This document shows, in pieces, positions 32,364-42,596 of a DNA stretch of 45,280 nucleotides. A program made the position numbers and the translations under genes. The notes beneath the pieces are model-generated. The model was not told the DNA's origin. It made no database searches and worked only from the letters and a program-made list of their open reading frames with translations. Positions within the stretch are counted from its first letter, which is position 1; each line of letters begins with the position of its first letter. The stretch comes from a virus (lineage: Duplodnaviria > Caudoviricetes): positions 1-45,280 of IMG/VR virus record IMGVR_UViG_3300037195_001698, one strand, 5' to 3'.

Positions 32364-33556
32364 GCTTTGATGTAAACTTCTCTTTTTCTCGCGAACCAAG
32401 CACGAAGATAAGCACTCAGATTGCTGTCTCGGGCCTCGTTCCTGCGGACAATGATGTTGTATTGATTGGCCAGATGGCCGCAAGTGGTGCAAGTGCTACG
32501 GCCAATGTACCGGTCACAATTGAAAATTTCGGAGATTTAGACGCGCTCCAAACTGAAGTCGATGGACTTTTCGGCTCCGGGGCAAAGGTCGGCGAGATGG
32601 TTATGGCAGCAGCTAGGGCTGTTCAGTTTTCCGATCTTGACCCCGTGGCTCTGCCAACGGTTCGGGTGATTCCCATGCCAAACAGCTTACCAGACTTGGC
32701 TGCAACGTTGGCAGCTAACGATACGTTACCTATGCCGTTTGTTGCGACTGATTATAAGGCAACCGACGCTGATGACCTGAGTGATTTTAAAGATCACCTG
32801 GTTGCGATCTCAAAGTCTGATAGAGGTCCTAATGCTCAGTTCGGGTCTTTCGGGTTTATAGCAGATGATGAGTCGCTAGCAACGATGACCCCGATCGCTG
32901 AGGGTGTGGCACGGCCTGAGGTTGTGATCCCATGGCTTCGTGATCAGAACGCAAGCGTTGCTCAGGATCCCCATGAAGTGGCAGCAGCGGTGTGTGCGCT
33001 TTGTGCTGCAAACCCATTCCCATTTAATCCACTGAACGGTATCAAAGTCGGCGGCCTGGTTCCACCAACTGATCGTTCTGACTATCACACGGTTGGTGAT
33101 TCCGGGACTGTTGCAACAGGTCTTGAGGCAGGTCTTTTGCCTTTGACGGTTGATAACGGATCCAATGTGCGAATCTCTCGATCTGTTACGGCCTCACGTC
33201 GAGTCACAGGGATTGCAGATTCATCTTATTTTGATTTACAAGACTGGCAGACAATCTATTTGATCCGTAAGAACATCTATAACCTTGCTCAACAGCCTCG
33301 ATACAAGCAGGCAAAGGCAAGTGACGAGAAAGCTCAAGCGTTTAGATCAGAGGTTATTTCAAGTATCTTGAAACCGCTGGACGGGACTGTCTTGCAGAAA
33401 GTGGATGAGCTTGCAGATCTGTTTGTGTATCGCCGAGCTGAAGACAACCGATCAGCGTTCATTTTCACAATTCCATTGAACGTGATCCCTGGTTTCCACA
33501 ACAAGGGCGTTGGGCTAATCGGAACTGATCTATTTGACGTTACCGTCATTTTATAA
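32360..33556 (+). CDS. Tail sheath protein (Mu gpL-like)
   Basis: VVLIGQM, LFGSGA, GLLPLTV..VRISRSVT and IPLNVIPGFH. Confidence 0.85.
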   Translation: MSFDVNFSFSREPSTKISTQIAVSGLVPADNDVVLIGQMAASGASATANVPVTIENFGDLDALQTEVDGLFGSGAKVGEMVMAAARAVQFSDLDPVALPTVRVIPMPNSLPDLAATLAANDTLPMPFVATDYKATDADDLSDFKDHLVAISKSDRGPNAQFGSFGFIADDESLATMTPIAEGVARPEVVIPWLRDQNASVAQDPHEVAAAVCALCAANPFPFNPLNGIKVGGLVPPTDRSDYHTVGDSGTVATGLEAGLLPLTVDNGSNVRISRSVTASRRVTGIADSSYFDLQDWQTIYLIRKNIYNLAQQPRYKQAKASDEKAQAFRSEVISSILKPLDGTVLQKVDELADLFVYRRAEDNRSAFIFTIPLNVIPGFHNKGVGLIGTDLFDVTVIL

Positions 33557-33567
33557 GGGGCTTTATT

Positions 33568-33978
33568 ATGGGAAAAATTTATGCCGATCGAGCGTTTATT
33601 GAGATCAACGGTACCGAGCTTGCTGGTGCTGAGAATGTAGATTTAAACGTGAACGAGAATCTAACTCGTGTTGATACGATGACGAGAACTAAGCGAGCGG
33701 CCGGGTATCGTAAAGGAAACTTAGTCGTAAACGGTAGCTTTACGTTGGCTGTCGAGTCTGACAGGCCTCAAGTAAACCTTGCTCTAAAAGATCCATCATT
33801 GACGGCAAACCTTGCATTTATTATGGGAGGTGAACGCTTCTCTGTGATCGACGTTGAGCAGGCTGAGATGAGTCACTCGGGGACGGTCGGTAACGCTACG
33901 AAAACAATTCGCTTTGAGGCTCTTGATATTGTTGACGAGACTGGTCGCTCTCGCGCAAGTGAATTCGGATTGTCTTAA
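33568..33978 (+). CDS. Tail tube protein
   Basis: 136 aa, beta-rich, directly after the sheath gene. Confidence 0.75.
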   Translation: MGKIYADRAFIEINGTELAGAENVDLNVNENLTRVDTMTRTKRAAGYRKGNLVVNGSFTLAVESDRPQVNLALKDPSLTANLAFIMGGERFSVIDVEQAEMSHSGTVGNATKTIRFEALDIVDETGRSRASEFGLS

Positions 33979-34484
33979 TGTCTGAGCAAGTACCTCAAAT
34001 TGATCTTATCCGACAAGGGTACAAAGCCAAACTTGAACTTGAGTTCGGTGGCTTTAAGTGCCCCTGTCGAATCTTGCCAGCCGATACCGAGGCGAAAATC
34101 ATTGCTACGGCGAGAGCTAGTGCCAACAAAATTCCAGATGATGTCAAGAGGGACGGGAAGTACGTTGAGGCCGCTCAGAGTATTCAAATTCAAAAGGATA
34201 TATTGTTTGCAGCCTGTACTGTCGGACCTACGAGTTACTTGGGAAAAGAAACGCTGGATGCGCTATCAGCTTCCGAGCTCGATATGTTGTACGACAAATA
34301 TAGAGCAGTCATAAAAACGGCCGACCCTCACTTTGAGGACCTGCCAATTGAAGACATCGAGAAGATGATTGCTGATGTAAAAAAAAAGAAAACTACACCG
34401 AGAGATTACTATATCTCGGATCTCGCGGCTCTGGGCAGATACTTTTTGGCCCAGATATCTCAGAAGGCCAACGGACCTGGTTAA
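33978..34484 (+). CDS. Tail assembly chaperone (short form)
   Basis: Between tube and tape measure genes; contains a slippery A9G run. Confidence 0.75.
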   Translation: MSEQVPQIDLIRQGYKAKLELEFGGFKCPCRILPADTEAKIIATARASANKIPDDVKRDGKYVEAAQSIQIQKDILFAACTVGPTSYLGKETLDALSASELDMLYDKYRAVIKTADPHFEDLPIEDIEKMIADVKKKKTTPRDYYISDLAALGRYFLAQISQKANGPG

Positions 34485-34546
34485 TTATCCTCGGCTTAGC
34501 GTTTGGGCATGAGCTTCATGCCGACCTATTTTCGTGCGAGGTATAA
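34379..34546 (+). other. Programmed -1 frameshift site and extended chaperone frame
   Basis: GTA AAA AAA AAG (A AAA AAG); the -1 frame reads ENYTERLLYLG...ISEGQRTWLIILG...EV to TAA 34544-34546, abutting the tape measure start. Confidence 0.8.
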
Positions 34547-35974
34547 GTGTCAAAGGTTGAGCAAAAAGTCGGACTAGATGCCTCTGAGTATACCAAAGGG
34601 ACTCGCGATCTTGCTAAGTCCACCCAACAAGAATTAAAGCGCGTAAACAACGAGTTTAACCAAGCAGGCAATGGCGTGTCTGATTTCAGTGAGCGATCGA
34701 AACGCTCGATCATGGATCTAACGGGTTCATTGAGTGGTCTGGCTCAAGGCTTTGCCTCTGGCTTCAAGGGGATCGGCGCACTTGGGCTCGGCGTTGGTGC
34801 TGCGGCCGGGGCGAAGGACATTGCCTCTCATGTCTTATCTTTTAGCGGAACCATTAACAAGATGGGCGCTCGGCAAGGCTTGAACGACTTTCAGCGAAGC
34901 GAGCTGAGAAACCAGCTGCTAGATGTTTCGTCAGAACGTGGAATTGCTGATGAGGAGGTTGCGGCCGCAGCTGATATCGCAAACCAGTACGGGGCATCAA
35001 CTCGTGAATCAGTGAAGTTTGCCGACGTGGTAGCGACGGCCGCCGGAACTTCTGATCAGCTCAATGCTGCCTCACTTGCTGAGGATGTCGCTAAAGACCT
35101 GAGGGCTCGCGGCGAAGAGGTAACAGCCGAGACGGCTAAAAAATCAATTGATGCATTGTTGACGGGGGCAAGGGCTGGGTTCGGAGATATTGGAAAGTCG
35201 CTGGCTGAAACTATGCAGGTTGACGGCGCTGTCCAGAAGCGTGCCGGGCTATCCCAGCGTGAGCTTGTAAACATCCTTGCAGGTACAAGGTTAGGTGCAA
35301 GAGGGGCTCCTGAGGAGTCATCGGCCGCAGTAAGAGAACTAATAAGCATCACGGACAAGCTTGAGGGCGAGGCCCTTCAAGGAGTTCTAGGAAGTTTCCG
35401 AGGGGAAGTTGGTCCGGGCGGTGGACGTGAGTTCATGTTTGGGGCAAAGCAGCTCGATGAGGCATCAAAGCGCTTAGCGTCTGTAGGTGATGACCGAGTT
35501 CAACGTCAGCTCCTAACGGACCTTGGATTTTCCTCTGAGGGATCAGAGGGGCTTTTATCAATCCTTAGGGATCGAAACCAGGTGAGAAATCAAATCAATC
35601 GGGTGTCGGCTGATAGTCCAAATCTTGAGGGGACTTTTGAATCAGCTAACTCAAGCTTTCTTGATCAAGCATCACGAGGTTGGAACTCGTTTAAGAACTT
35701 CTTTTCTAGGGATTCAAGTGTTGAGGTCAATGAGGCGATCGATGCCAGGACTGGAATGCCCAAAGGGCTAACGGAAAAGCAGGCCGCTCAACGCCGATCT
35801 CAATTAAGTGATCTGGCCTTCCCGTCAGCTGCGCCGGAATCATTGCCGAGTGCTGCGGTAGAAAAAGCAAGGGAGCAAAGGGTTAAGGTGGACATCAGTG
35901 TCGAGTCGGCCGATCCAGGCTTTCGCGCGATCCCTAAAACCACAGATCTCAACCGAGATGCGAGGGGGATCTAA
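34547..35974 (+). CDS. Tape measure protein
   Basis: Ala/Gly-rich helical protein; follows the chaperones; 475 aa. Confidence 0.8.
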   Translation: MSKVEQKVGLDASEYTKGTRDLAKSTQQELKRVNNEFNQAGNGVSDFSERSKRSIMDLTGSLSGLAQGFASGFKGIGALGLGVGAAAGAKDIASHVLSFSGTINKMGARQGLNDFQRSELRNQLLDVSSERGIADEEVAAAADIANQYGASTRESVKFADVVATAAGTSDQLNAASLAEDVAKDLRARGEEVTAETAKKSIDALLTGARAGFGDIGKSLAETMQVDGAVQKRAGLSQRELVNILAGTRLGARGAPEESSAAVRELISITDKLEGEALQGVLGSFRGEVGPGGGREFMFGAKQLDEASKRLASVGDDRVQRQLLTDLGFSSEGSEGLLSILRDRNQVRNQINRVSADSPNLEGTFESANSSFLDQASRGWNSFKNFFSRDSSVEVNEAIDARTGMPKGLTEKQAAQRRSQLSDLAFPSAAPESLPSAAVEKAREQRVKVDISVESADPGFRAIPKTTDLNRDARGI

Positions 35975-37159
35975 GTGGCTAGTGAGTGGAAAGAAATCAC
36001 AGACGGGCTTTATAAAGGGTATCGATTCCATATTTCAAATCCGATTAAGGGTGGTCAAGTCCATGGGGTCAGCTCTATTCAGCAAAAAGTCGGCCGCCGG
36101 ATCCAGCAAATCCAGAGGCCTTTTGTCGATGGTGGGCGCGTTAAGGACCTTGCTCGTGAGCAGGGAATCTATACGGTCAGCATAATCTTTTTCGGAGATA
36201 ACTATCTGCGCGAGCTTGAAAGCTTTGAGGCTATTTTAAACGAAGGAACATCAGGGACTTTAATCCTTCCAGATGAGCCAAGAGCTATTCAAGCAAGCTT
36301 TAAGTCCATGGATAAATCCTCTGGGGTCGGTGAGTCTGGTTCAAAGACCATCCAAGTTACTTGGGTTGAGGACTCCTTTGATGCATTCCAGGCAAGGGGT
36401 GCGGCTCAAGGCTATATCCCCAAATCAATCACTGAGGCCGCAAGCAGCCTGACTAAATTTGTCGCAAGAGCAAAGGACGTGATCAACAACAACCAGGTGA
36501 TAGGGACTATTCGCCAGATCGAATCGATTACTGGGGATGCCTCAAACGCATTTATCAGCGCGGTCGGTTTGACAGATCAGGTTCGCGGACGGGCGTTGAC
36601 CACTGTTGCAAACTTAACGGGTGCTCTTGATGGTGCGATCGATGCGCAGGAAAGGCTCTTGGAACTCTTTGGTGTATCCGACGAACCAGCCTCGGGGTTT
36701 TCTGGCACGGCCGTTGATCCTGAATCAGGCAATCCTGTCTCTGATGGTTTGGCCGATGATGATGTGGCCACTTTTGAGGATCCAATTGATGAGCCAGATG
36801 TTGAGCCCGATCAAAGTGTTGACATCACATCGCTTGAAACCAGAGACGGGCTAAACGCATTTCAAGCCTCAGTCATTGGGCTTTTAGATAAGAGCACAGA
36901 GACTCTTTCGGTTGATACCAAGGGGCGAGTCGATGACATCAAGCGCTCACTTGTTCCAGTTAAAAACGCCATAAGAGATCTTGTTCGGGCAGCAAACCCA
37001 AATGAGGCGAGACGCGTTCAGACCCCGAGTGATCTAAGTCTAGCTGAGATTCTGTTTTTTAATGATGTTGGTCTTGAGAACCTTGAGGATGTCTATGAGA
37101 GAAATCAGTCCATTGATGACATCTTACTGGTTCCAAAGGGGACAGTGGTTGAGTTATGA
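35975..37159 (+). CDS. DNA circularisation / tail tube initiator protein (Mu gpN-like)
   Basis: YKGYRF, GRR....RPFVDGGRVKDL, GTLILP and C-terminal LLVPKGT. Confidence 0.8.
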   Translation: MASEWKEITDGLYKGYRFHISNPIKGGQVHGVSSIQQKVGRRIQQIQRPFVDGGRVKDLAREQGIYTVSIIFFGDNYLRELESFEAILNEGTSGTLILPDEPRAIQASFKSMDKSSGVGESGSKTIQVTWVEDSFDAFQARGAAQGYIPKSITEAASSLTKFVARAKDVINNNQVIGTIRQIESITGDASNAFISAVGLTDQVRGRALTTVANLTGALDGAIDAQERLLELFGVSDEPASGFSGTAVDPESGNPVSDGLADDDVATFEDPIDEPDVEPDQSVDITSLETRDGLNAFQASVIGLLDKSTETLSVDTKGRVDDIKRSLVPVKNAIRDLVRAANPNEARRVQTPSDLSLAEILFFNDVGLENLEDVYERNQSIDDILLVPKGTVVEL

Positions 37160-38424
37160 GTTCAAGAATCTTGACCACATTTATCAACCGACAAACCGGG
37201 ACGGTCTATGGCCAGTCGGGCCTCTCTGATGATCCGGGTGGGGTGCTATCTGATCGCACGCGAACAGCCTTGCAAGCGAATTCATCGGGGAAGACGCCGA
37301 GACTAAGTGTCCCACCGCCCACTTCGTTGGTCTACAATACAGATATAAATACATTCACCGATGTGTTTTCTCTTGAGATTGATCTTGCGCCGGATGACCT
37401 GTTTGATATCCAGTCCCATGATTTTGTCGAGTTTTATTTTGAGCTCGATAACCCAGCCCCAGGTTATCAAAAGCGACATCAGATCGGCGTGGGCTTTCTA
37501 GAAAAATTCCACAGAGACAGCAGCCCGACCAGAGTCAAAATCATGGCAAACGGTCGGGATCTATTCGGTGAAAATATGTTTGCGCCTTTTGTTGTCCCGG
37601 TCAGGCAAAACCTCACGCTTAAAGATTTTCTTACGAGCAAGGTTATTAAGGGGTCATACCTTGAGGCCTATCATTCTATTCGTGGCCAGGGGCGATCGAC
37701 ATTAGTTGACCGAGGTGCATTTGGCACGCAGATGTTTTTTCGATCTGATCTTGAGCAAAAAAAGGGTGCGTTGATTCAAAACTACGCAGGCCTTGCGATC
37801 AATGTTGTCTTTATGAACCGACTTGGGCAGGTTGAAATACTTGGGCGCCCTGGGACGTTGGGTTCTACTGCGCCGAGCGTTTCAAGTTCGCCATTGGGGA
37901 TCCTGAAGAAAGGCTCAAATGTTGATCGGCTAATAGTTAAGCAAGACTATACGAACGTCTTCAGTGACTTCACTGTGTTTTGGACATCGGCCCAGGCCGA
38001 GCAAAGCAAGAACACGCTCGCATCAAACACTTTTAAAAACTCTGATCCGAGGGTGTTCCATATTTCTAAGCCTGGGTTTTTGACACTCAATACGTCTGAT
38101 CTTGCGAGTCTTGGGGGTGAGGTAAGTGCCAGTCAAAGGATCTCAGATCTCGCAAAGTCTAACATCAGAAAGTCGAATCAGAACTTGAATTCGGCCGTTG
38201 TCATGACCTCTGATCCTTTTTTTACAAAAGACGACGGGACTCAAATTCCTTTTATTCAAGGCCAAGTTTGGCGCCTTCAAAGCAATGAGCCCGAGTTTAA
38301 AACCAGAGCACAGCCCACAGGGACTGACAGCGTGGATATGCTGTTGAGTGGTATTAATTATAACGAGAGCCTCTCAGGTCAGGAGTTCCAGCTCAACTTT
38401 ATTGAAGGGGACACGCTGATATGA
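37156..38424 (+). CDS. Baseplate hub (Mu gp44/gpP-like)
   Basis: DVFSL and ANGRD; position. Confidence 0.7.
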   Translation: MSSRILTTFINRQTGTVYGQSGLSDDPGGVLSDRTRTALQANSSGKTPRLSVPPPTSLVYNTDINTFTDVFSLEIDLAPDDLFDIQSHDFVEFYFELDNPAPGYQKRHQIGVGFLEKFHRDSSPTRVKIMANGRDLFGENMFAPFVVPVRQNLTLKDFLTSKVIKGSYLEAYHSIRGQGRSTLVDRGAFGTQMFFRSDLEQKKGALIQNYAGLAINVVFMNRLGQVEILGRPGTLGSTAPSVSSSPLGILKKGSNVDRLIVKQDYTNVFSDFTVFWTSAQAEQSKNTLASNTFKNSDPRVFHISKPGFLTLNTSDLASLGGEVSASQRISDLAKSNIRKSNQNLNSAVVMTSDPFFTKDDGTQIPFIQGQVWRLQSNEPEFKTRAQPTGTDSVDMLLSGINYNESLSGQEFQLNFIEGDTLI

Positions 38425-38999
38425 GATTGCCTTTTTCTGAACTCAGACGAGCCATCCTTGAGGTTGTTCAGCCGCTGGCTGTTGGACGGTTTTCAAAAAA
38501 AGATCAACAGCAATCTCAGCTTTCAGATATTCCGCAGTTTGACGGTGCTGATAAGTTCACGGATGCAGGTACACCTTTTGGTTTCTCATCGACTCCAACA
38601 AAAAACACCCTTGCGTATTATCTAAATGCCGGGGGTTCAGCGCTATCTCAAATCATTGTCGGCCATAAACACCTGGCCAGGCCACTTGGAGCTGAGGGGT
38701 CTTCGATTCAATACTCGACCGATGCGAGTGGTGAGAACACCAAGGCAAAGGTCACCTGCTTTCCAGATGGCAGCGTTGAGATTGAGGGAATTGATTCTGG
38801 AATCAAAATCAAAGTGTCGAGCGACGGCAAGATTTACCTTGGGTCGAATTCCAGCGATGAACCATTGGTCTTAGGGAACGCATTTAAAACCTTATACAAC
38901 GCGCACGTTCACATTGGAAACCTTGGAGTCCCAACGGGTGTACCCCAAGTCCCAATGGACGCAACCCAATTGAGCGCTAAATCATTCACGGAGCTGTGA
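38421..38999 (+). CDS. Baseplate central spike (Mu gp45/gpV-like)
   Basis: PFGFSSTP; C-terminal iron-binding HxH (NAHVHIG). Confidence 0.8.
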   Translation: MRLPFSELRRAILEVVQPLAVGRFSKKDQQQSQLSDIPQFDGADKFTDAGTPFGFSSTPTKNTLAYYLNAGGSALSQIIVGHKHLARPLGAEGSSIQYSTDASGENTKAKVTCFPDGSVEIEGIDSGIKIKVSSDGKIYLGSNSSDEPLVLGNAFKTLYNAHVHIGNLGVPTGVPQVPMDATQLSAKSFTEL

Positions 39000-39391
39000 T
39001 GGCAATTCGGCAAAAACAATATTGCGATATATGTGAGCAAATCCACGGTGAGGAAAGTCCACTTGCCGAGATAAATGTTGAGGAGGGGCGGCCAGCATTC
39101 CCTCAATTGACTTGGGTTTTTCACCGCCTTTCAAATGTTGGTTTTAAAAAAGCTGACGGCGAACCTTACATGGATAAGGTCTGGAAGGGCGGGGCGTTTC
39201 GACGAGAGTTTTGTGATGAACACGCTCGTGAAATGAATGTTTTGTTAAAGGCGTACTTTGCTCAAGATTCCGATTTGATGGAATTGATCGACAAACTAAA
39301 AGAGACCGATCAAGCATCTTGGGACGAGTCCCAGGAGGCTGTGCGCCAGGAAGTTATTAAGGAGTTTTCGAAGTATGCTAAGCGGAACTGA
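38996..39391 (+). CDS. Hypothetical protein, possible Zn-binding
   Basis: CDIC...CDEH; GTGA overlap. Confidence 0.55.
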   Translation: MMAIRQKQYCDICEQIHGEESPLAEINVEEGRPAFPQLTWVFHRLSNVGFKKADGEPYMDKVWKGGAFRREFCDEHAREMNVLLKAYFAQDSDLMELIDKLKETDQASWDESQEAVRQEVIKEFSKYAKRN

Positions 39392-39602
39392 GAACACGCT
39401 TGCAGCTCTTATCCAGTCAGAGCTTGAGTCAAAGATTCAGGCTCGTTTCGGGTATCCGCCGCAGACTCCAAATGTTTTGCCGGAACTGTGCCAGGCAATT
39501 TCTGAGTCAGTGATTCCTCACTTTGTTTCAAATACACAGGTACTGCCTGGGTCGTTTTCGACAAGCTCCGGCCCGGTGTCTGGTGCGGGGTCACTTTTAT
39601 GA
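39375..39602 (+). CDS. Small baseplate-associated protein
   Basis: AAGGAG Shine-Dalgarno; C-terminal GPVSGAG. Confidence 0.55.
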   Translation: MLSGTENTLAALIQSELESKIQARFGYPPQTPNVLPELCQAISESVIPHFVSNTQVLPGSFSTSSGPVSGAGSLL

Positions 39603-39907
39603 TTGTGATCGGTACTAACGGCCAATATGAAGTGCAAGAAAACACGAAGACTCTTCGGTCCTCGGATCATCCTGTCTATCAGGCGCAGATCGAGATCAAC
39701 CTTGCTCGTGGTTCTTGGATCGGTGCGCCGGACAAGGGTCACAATATTGCTCCGAGGGTGCGGCAATCAGAAGCCGCTCTTGAGGAGTTTCGAAAAGAAG
39801 TTCGGACCTATTTATCAAAGTATGATCCAGAGACTCAAGAGATGGCAATCAAACGCTCTGAGGCGACGCTGCCAGTTCTAATTCCTAGGGAGTCTAGCAA
39901 TGCCTGA
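39599..39907 (+). CDS. Baseplate wedge / sheath initiator (Mu gp46-like)
   Basis: RGSWIGAPDKGH; directly before baseplate J. Confidence 0.6.
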   Translation: MIVIGTNGQYEVQENTKTLRSSDHPVYQAQIEINLARGSWIGAPDKGHNIAPRVRQSEAALEEFRKEVRTYLSKYDPETQEMAIKRSEATLPVLIPRESSNA

Positions 39908-41048
39908 CATTTTTAAAACGCCGTCGCAAATCACCCAAGAGCTCTTGGACGAATATAAAGACATCACAGCCATTGAGCTATCGCCTAATGATCTTGGTCG
40001 AGAAGAGGTGATAAAGTTCCGTTCTTTATCAGTTGTGATTTCAGGTCTTCGAGCAGAGCTTCAACGAATTGAAGATGACACTTTTCCTCAATCAGCTAGC
40101 GAGCAGGCCCTTGAGCGTCACCTGGCAGCAAGGCTTCTCTCTGCTCGGGCTGCGCCACAAAGGTCAAACGGGGTTTGTACATTCGAAGTGACGGCGGTCC
40201 CGGTTAGTATTCCGGCCCAAACTGTTTTTGCCAGGGACCTCGACGGAAAACTGTTTCGAACGATTGAGGCTTTTTCTTCTAGTAGCTCTGATGCAATCGG
40301 TAGCGTAAACCTTCAATGCGAATCGGTTGACGTAGGTCAAGCCACAAATATCGAAGTGGAAAGTGGTGTTCAGTTTACCCTTTCCTCGTCTGTCCCCAAT
40401 GTTGCAGCGGCTGTTTTGAGTGCGACCCAATTCCGAGATGGACGAGATCAAGAGTCTCCGTCCGAGATGCTTTCACGGATTCAGATTTTTGATCGTCGGC
40501 GCGATACTGGTGGAAACCTTGTGGCCTATGAACGCTTTGCAAGAGAGGCTAGCTCACAGGTTGTTACAGCAAAAGCCATTGATGAGCCTCGTGGCCCGAA
40601 TACCGTTGATGTTGTGATCACCTCTGGGACTTCTAATATTAGGCAAGCAGTCGAAAACGGAGAGGCCATCACAAGGCTTCCGAGCTCAGCGCTTGTGAGT
40701 ACGGTTCAAGATTACGTTCGGGAGATGTGTCCAACGACAGATGATGCTGAAGTGGTGATGCCGACAGAGTCTGAGTTTGACATCACTGTTTCCTATGAGC
40801 TTTACGACGAATCACTGAGGGCGGCTGTCGATGTCGAAATTAAAAAAGAAGTTGAAATCTATATATATTCCGCCAAGGCTGGTGACACTCTTTATCCTAC
40901 TGAGCTTGAGCGTCTTATCGACGCCAGGGTTGGTCATCTTATTCGTTCTCGTCGAGTTGCTGATTTTGGTGAGTCATCTTTGACCTTTACTGTTCCTAAC
41001 GGTGAAATCTTGATCCCTGGGACAACAACCATCCAAGGTTTTAGCTAA
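39900..41048 (+). CDS. Baseplate J-like protein (Mu gp47)
   Basis: FPQSA, GRDQES, GGNLVAYERFA and PRGPNTVDV. Confidence 0.9.
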   Translation: MPDIFKTPSQITQELLDEYKDITAIELSPNDLGREEVIKFRSLSVVISGLRAELQRIEDDTFPQSASEQALERHLAARLLSARAAPQRSNGVCTFEVTAVPVSIPAQTVFARDLDGKLFRTIEAFSSSSSDAIGSVNLQCESVDVGQATNIEVESGVQFTLSSSVPNVAAAVLSATQFRDGRDQESPSEMLSRIQIFDRRRDTGGNLVAYERFAREASSQVVTAKAIDEPRGPNTVDVVITSGTSNIRQAVENGEAITRLPSSALVSTVQDYVREMCPTTDDAEVVMPTESEFDITVSYELYDESLRAAVDVEIKKEVEIYIYSAKAGDTLYPTELERLIDARVGHLIRSRRVADFGESSLTFTVPNGEILIPGTTTIQGFS

Positions 41049-41692
41049 TGAGTCTTGAGCAGTCTTACTTAGATATGCTTATGCGGATTGATCACCCGGT
41101 GTTTGATCGAACCCTAAAGGCTGTTGAAGATATCGACGCCGACACGCCTTTTAATGTCATTTTCAATTATCTGGTTGCAAAGCAGCTTGTTTCATTCCGT
41201 GAAGCTCAACAAGAGGTTGTCAACAATTTGCACCCTCATACGGTCACTGAGAGTGGAATCGATCGCTGGGAAGAAACTTACTTCGGATTTACTAAGCCTC
41301 AGAGGTCTTTTGAAAATCGAAAAGCTGAATTGATTGAGCGCTATACAGAGCAGATCTCGATGTCCAAAAGCGATGCTATCAAGGTGGCAGAACAGATAAC
41401 GGGGCAAACCCCTGGGATCGTTTTCAGCGCATTCTTTTCTGGTTGGACACTCGATGATCCCGAACTCTCGGTCTTAGATAAATCAACCGTCCTCGCTGGT
41501 GAGAACCAAGCTGAGGATTCAAATTTATATATTGTGGTATTCTCGGATCCTGTGGATTCCGCTTTGCTTAAAAGACTCGACGAAGAGTTGACGGCGATTG
41601 AGAAAGCTGGATCACGGCACTCGATTCAAGCGCCGACTGCTTTCTGGATTCTTGATTCCAGTACGTTGGGCTTAGACACGGTTTTGGGGTAG
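41048..41692 (+). CDS. Baseplate wedge protein (Mu gp48/YmfQ-like)
   Basis: PHTVTESGIDRWEE...ENRKAEL. Confidence 0.7.
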   Translation: MSLEQSYLDMLMRIDHPVFDRTLKAVEDIDADTPFNVIFNYLVAKQLVSFREAQQEVVNNLHPHTVTESGIDRWEETYFGFTKPQRSFENRKAELIERYTEQISMSKSDAIKVAEQITGQTPGIVFSAFFSGWTLDDPELSVLDKSTVLAGENQAEDSNLYIVVFSDPVDSALLKRLDEELTAIEKAGSRHSIQAPTAFWILDSSTLGLDTVLG

Positions 41693-41694
41693 GT

Positions 41695-42588
41695 ATGGCG
41701 AAACTTGGTTTTATAAACTTCACGGATCTTTCACTGGTGTTGTGGCGCTCGGCTAGTCACTTTCTGCCAATGCAAAACTACATCCTCGGATATATCAAAG
41801 CGGTCTATCAGGCTTTGTTTTCCACTGGGGTGATATCGGGTTGCAAAATTGAAGTTTTATCAGGGCTTACGATTAGGGTCACAGAGGGCCTTGTTTTGTT
41901 CCCAAACGGGGAGCTGGCAATTGTTTTACAGCAAGACATCACGTTAAGTGCTGCCGATGCGACTAACCCGAGGGTTGATAGAATTGAGCTTGTTTACTCA
42001 CTTGAGAACAATGCGACGGTCATCGATACGGTGAACGCCACAAAGCAATTTGACAAAGTTGTCACAGCTACAGTGACCCCGAGTGTGGGGACACCTGCCT
42101 CAAGTCCATCAACGCCAGCGGCTAACGCAAGCAACATCTCCCTTGGAACTGTCGCAGTAGCAGCAAACCAGACAAGCCTTGCAAGTACAGACGTCATTCA
42201 ATCCGAGTCCGTTCGGATTGATTCCAGAAACCCACTTGATCCAAAAGAGATCAGCGTCCCGACAAGCACCACTGGCTTTGAGGCTATTCAAGATCTTGTT
42301 GCGAGCAAAGATCGGTTTAAAGAGGTTCGCTTTCACTATTTGCTTAACCGAAAAACCGACACAGCCAGTAGCGGCAAAGTTGTTTCAGGCACAATTTTTT
42401 GCATGAAAAATCCTGAGACGGGTGATTGGGATTATTCGGATCAACGAGCTGGCAATGACTCTGTGGATATTGGTGTCACGTTTCAGGTGGATGCGTCCTC
42501 TGGGCAGGTTGAATGGGAAGTCGATGCCATCTCTGGCTCGAACCATATTGGTGAATTGATTGTCCGCCCTGAGTATGTGGCGGCGTAA
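41695..42588 (+). CDS. Tail fibre / receptor-binding-related protein
   Basis: GVISGC..., ADATNPRVDRI and ISLGTVAVAANQTSL, typical of proximal tail-fibre domains. Confidence 0.65.
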   Translation: MAKLGFINFTDLSLVLWRSASHFLPMQNYILGYIKAVYQALFSTGVISGCKIEVLSGLTIRVTEGLVLFPNGELAIVLQQDITLSAADATNPRVDRIELVYSLENNATVIDTVNATKQFDKVVTATVTPSVGTPASSPSTPAANASNISLGTVAVAANQTSLASTDVIQSESVRIDSRNPLDPKEISVPTSTTGFEAIQDLVASKDRFKEVRFHYLLNRKTDTASSGKVVSGTIFCMKNPETGDWDYSDQRAGNDSVDIGVTFQVDASSGQVEWEVDAISGSNHIGELIVRPEYVAA

Positions 42589-42596
42589 GGAGAGGA

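Noticed and set aside
24385-41692. Transposable Mu-like phage
   Set aside because: Only the virion module is Mu-like; there is no MuA/MuB, and a tyrosine integrase with attP is present
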